From positions 4,252,314-4,316,313 of the forward strand of contig OZ252149.1 of assembly GCA_965248755.1 (NCBI GenBank): 64,000 nucleotides of DNA. Direction: 5' to 3'. The notes beneath the pieces are model-generated. The model was not told the DNA's origin, searched no databases, and saw only the letters and a list, made by a program, of their open reading frames with translations. A program made the translations under genes and the position numbers. The stretch is from Candidatus Latescibacterota bacterium. Lineage in GTDB: Bacteria; Latescibacterota; CBDEFO01. Positions 62,264 through 64,000 of this stretch are shown here, piece by piece. How positions within the stretch are numbered: the first letter of the stretch is position 1; the number at the start of each line of letters is the position of its first letter.

Positions 62264-63610
62264 GGGTCTGTCAGTTTTTTTGTGTAAATGGGATTTTCTT
62301 CTGTACCCTTTTCGGCTTATTCTATACCAAATCTCCCCTCGAAGTGGATGGAGAATTGGTGAATGGCCAAGCTCCAGTTCCTGATCGGCATCGTCCATTT
62401 TTTCTTGATATTCTTGAGTGTCATATAGAGTAACTTAATCGCTGTCTCGTCGTTTGGGAAGCTATTTCTGTTCTTTATTACTTTCCGTAGAGAGTTATTA
62501 AGCGATTCGATGGCGTTTGTGGTATAGATCACCCTTCGGATCTCTTCAGAGTAGGCGAAAAACGGGATGATCCGAGACCAGTTATTCTGCCACGATTTAC
62601 TTATCATCGGATAACGGCTGTCCCAAGCCTCCTGAAAATCTCCAAGGGCCTCTTCAGCCTGTTCTACCGTGGGGGCTCGGTATATATTCTTGAGGTCGGC
62701 GGCAATCTTCTTACGATCCCTATACGACACGAACTTCAAGGAATTCCTCACCACATGGACAATACAGAGCTGGACCTCTGCTTGGGGAAATACGGATTCA
62801 ATAGCCTCTGGAAGACCCTGGAGACCATCCACGCAAGCTATCAACACATCGTTCATCCCCTGATTCTTAAGCTCCGTGAAAACTTGCAGCCAGAACTTCG
62901 CCCCCTCGCTCTTTGCAATCCAGATACCCAAAACGTCTTTCATCCCATCCAGACCGACCCCTACCGCAAGATACACCGCCTTGTTTACGATCCGGCCTTC
63001 GTCTCTAATCTTCATCACCAGAGAATCAAAGAATACTATGGGATACACCCCTTCCAAAGGACGATCCTGCCACTGCTTCACCTCTGATATGATCCCATCG
63101 GTCACAGTCGATATCAAATCAGGGGACACCTCTACACCGTATATCTCCTCCAAATGAGCCTGTATATCACGTGTGGTCATCCCTCGGGCATACATAGACA
63201 GTATCTTATCATCAAAACCTGTAAATCGCCTCTGCCCCTTCCTCACTATCTGCGGATCAAACTGACTGTTCCGATCCCGTGGCACCGATATCTCCAGATC
63301 ACCATAATCTGTCTTCAATCCCTTTGTGCTCCTACCGTTGCGCGAATTACCGCTGTTCCTCCCTTCTGGAGAACTCTTATCGTAGCCTAACTCATACGTA
63401 AGCTCTGACTCCAGAGCCCGCTCAAGAATCGCCTTCGTCAACTGCTTCAAAAGACCTTCCTCACCAATTATGTCTTCCGGCTTCTTGTAGTCCTTCAAAA
63501 GCTCATCAATCAACTTCGGGTCTAGCTTGTCCATGTAAGAACTCCTTATGTAAATGGTGGCCAACTAATATAACTCATTTCCCCATTTACACAAATTTCC
63601 TTACACACCC
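62264..63610 (-). mobile_element. IS256-family insertion sequence, copy 2 (intact transposase), no TSD
   Basis: Same termini as copy 1; flanks TCTTTGAA and ACGAAATC differ. Confidence 0.85.
62317..63564 (-). CDS. IS256-family (mutator-type) transposase
   Basis: 415 aa uninterrupted; typical IS256 sequence features. Confidence 0.9.
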   Translation of the reverse strand: MATIYIRSSYMDKLDPKLIDELLKDYKKPEDIIGEEGLLKQLTKAILERALESELTYELGYDKSSPEGRNSGNSRNGRSTKGLKTDYGDLEISVPRDRNSQFDPQIVRKGQRRFTGFDDKILSMYARGMTTRDIQAHLEEIYGVEVSPDLISTVTDGIISEVKQWQDRPLEGVYPIVFFDSLVMKIRDEGRIVNKAVYLAVGVGLDGMKDVLGIWIAKSEGAKFWLQVFTELKNQGMNDVLIACVDGLQGLPEAIESVFPQAEVQLCIVHVVRNSLKFVSYRDRKKIAADLKNIYRAPTVEQAEEALGDFQEAWDSRYPMISKSWQNNWSRIIPFFAYSEEIRRVIYTTNAIESLNNSLRKVIKNRNSFPNDETAIKLLYMTLKNIKKKWTMPIRNWSLAIHQFSIHFEGRFGIE

Positions 63611-63625
63611 ACGAAATCGGACGGG

Positions 63626-64000
63626 TTAAGCAAGTTTTTTGCAATTTTGTGCTTCATACTGTGCCTCGAATTCTCCAGGCGTCAGATAACCAAGTGCTGA
63701 GTGGATACGCTGATCATTGTAAACCACATCCAGAAAGTGACTCAAATGCACCAAAGCGTCCTCAAAATGCACGTATTCTTGCTGCCATACTTCCTCATCC
63801 TTCAGATGACCAATCGCGCTTTCTACAAACGGGTTCTCCCAAGCTTTGGCCTCAGATGCCATGCTTATCTCGGCACTTACTTCCCCAAGCATCTTACGGT
63901 AGCCAGCCGCCGTGTATTGAGACCCCCGATCCGAATGGTGTATCTCCGGTCGGTGTCCTTTCTTGAATGCTTTGGAAAGTGCTTCTTGGGGCAAGGCACA
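63626..64000 (-). CDS. IS3-family transposase (integrase core), 3' part; continues beyond window edge
   Basis: HHSDRGSQYTAAGY...HSALGYLTPGEFE; rve-type integrase core; N-terminus lies beyond 64000. Confidence 0.7.
   Translation of the reverse strand, partial: CALPQEALSKAFKKGHRPEIHHSDRGSQYTAAGYRKMLGEVSAEISMASEAKAWENPFVESAIGHLKDEEVWQQEYVHFEDALVHLSHFLDVVYNDQRIHSALGYLTPGEFEAQYEAQNCKKLA

Noticed and set aside
58020-63610. Composite transposon formed by the two IS256 copies carrying the HD gene and tRNA
   Set aside because: Outer flanks do not share a target duplication (left TCTATATC, right ACGAAATC); copy 1 has its own TSD, so it is a simple insertion.

Overview
64 kb window from an apparently uncultivated Gram-negative bacterium (about 48-50% GC), called from sequence and ORF translations only; no database searches were run. 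Content: (i) a cell-surface locus at 0.3-8.7 kb with a thioredoxin-like protein, a cohesin-like protein carrying a T9SS-type C-terminal sorting domain, and dockerin-terminated proteins including a 1226-aa FG-GAP/IPT giant, with a frameshifted paralogue at 30.0-32.6 kb; (ii) envelope polysaccharide genes (UbiA/DPPR-synthase-like, WbpL/WecA-like transferase, DegT aminotransferase, frameshifted capD); (iii) the conserved ffh-rpsP-rimM-trmD-rplS operon; (iv) gatB and a polyamine operon (bpsA-like, speH, DUF2156-like); (v) aroQ-hisC-hisB followed by a 13 kb glycan-assembly cluster (GT9, GT4, GT2, Wzx-like flippase, methyltransferase, wecB with an in-frame amber codon, YfhO plus GtrB/CsbB-like GT2); (vi) ExbB-ExbD-TonB; (vii) an IS-rich end (two IS256 copies, ISL3, IS1380 and IS3 fragments) around tRNA-Arg(ACG) and an HD-domain gene. 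Most notable: a candidate cohesin-dockerin surface assembly coupled to T9SS sorting, and a dispersed 21-bp palindromic element (consensus CCCCGAT-TGAATCT-ATCGGGG) found in-frame inside a coding gene and at the break points of three different transposase genes. Several genes carry frameshifts or in-frame stops; this is either real gene decay or assembly error and cannot be decided from the sequence alone.
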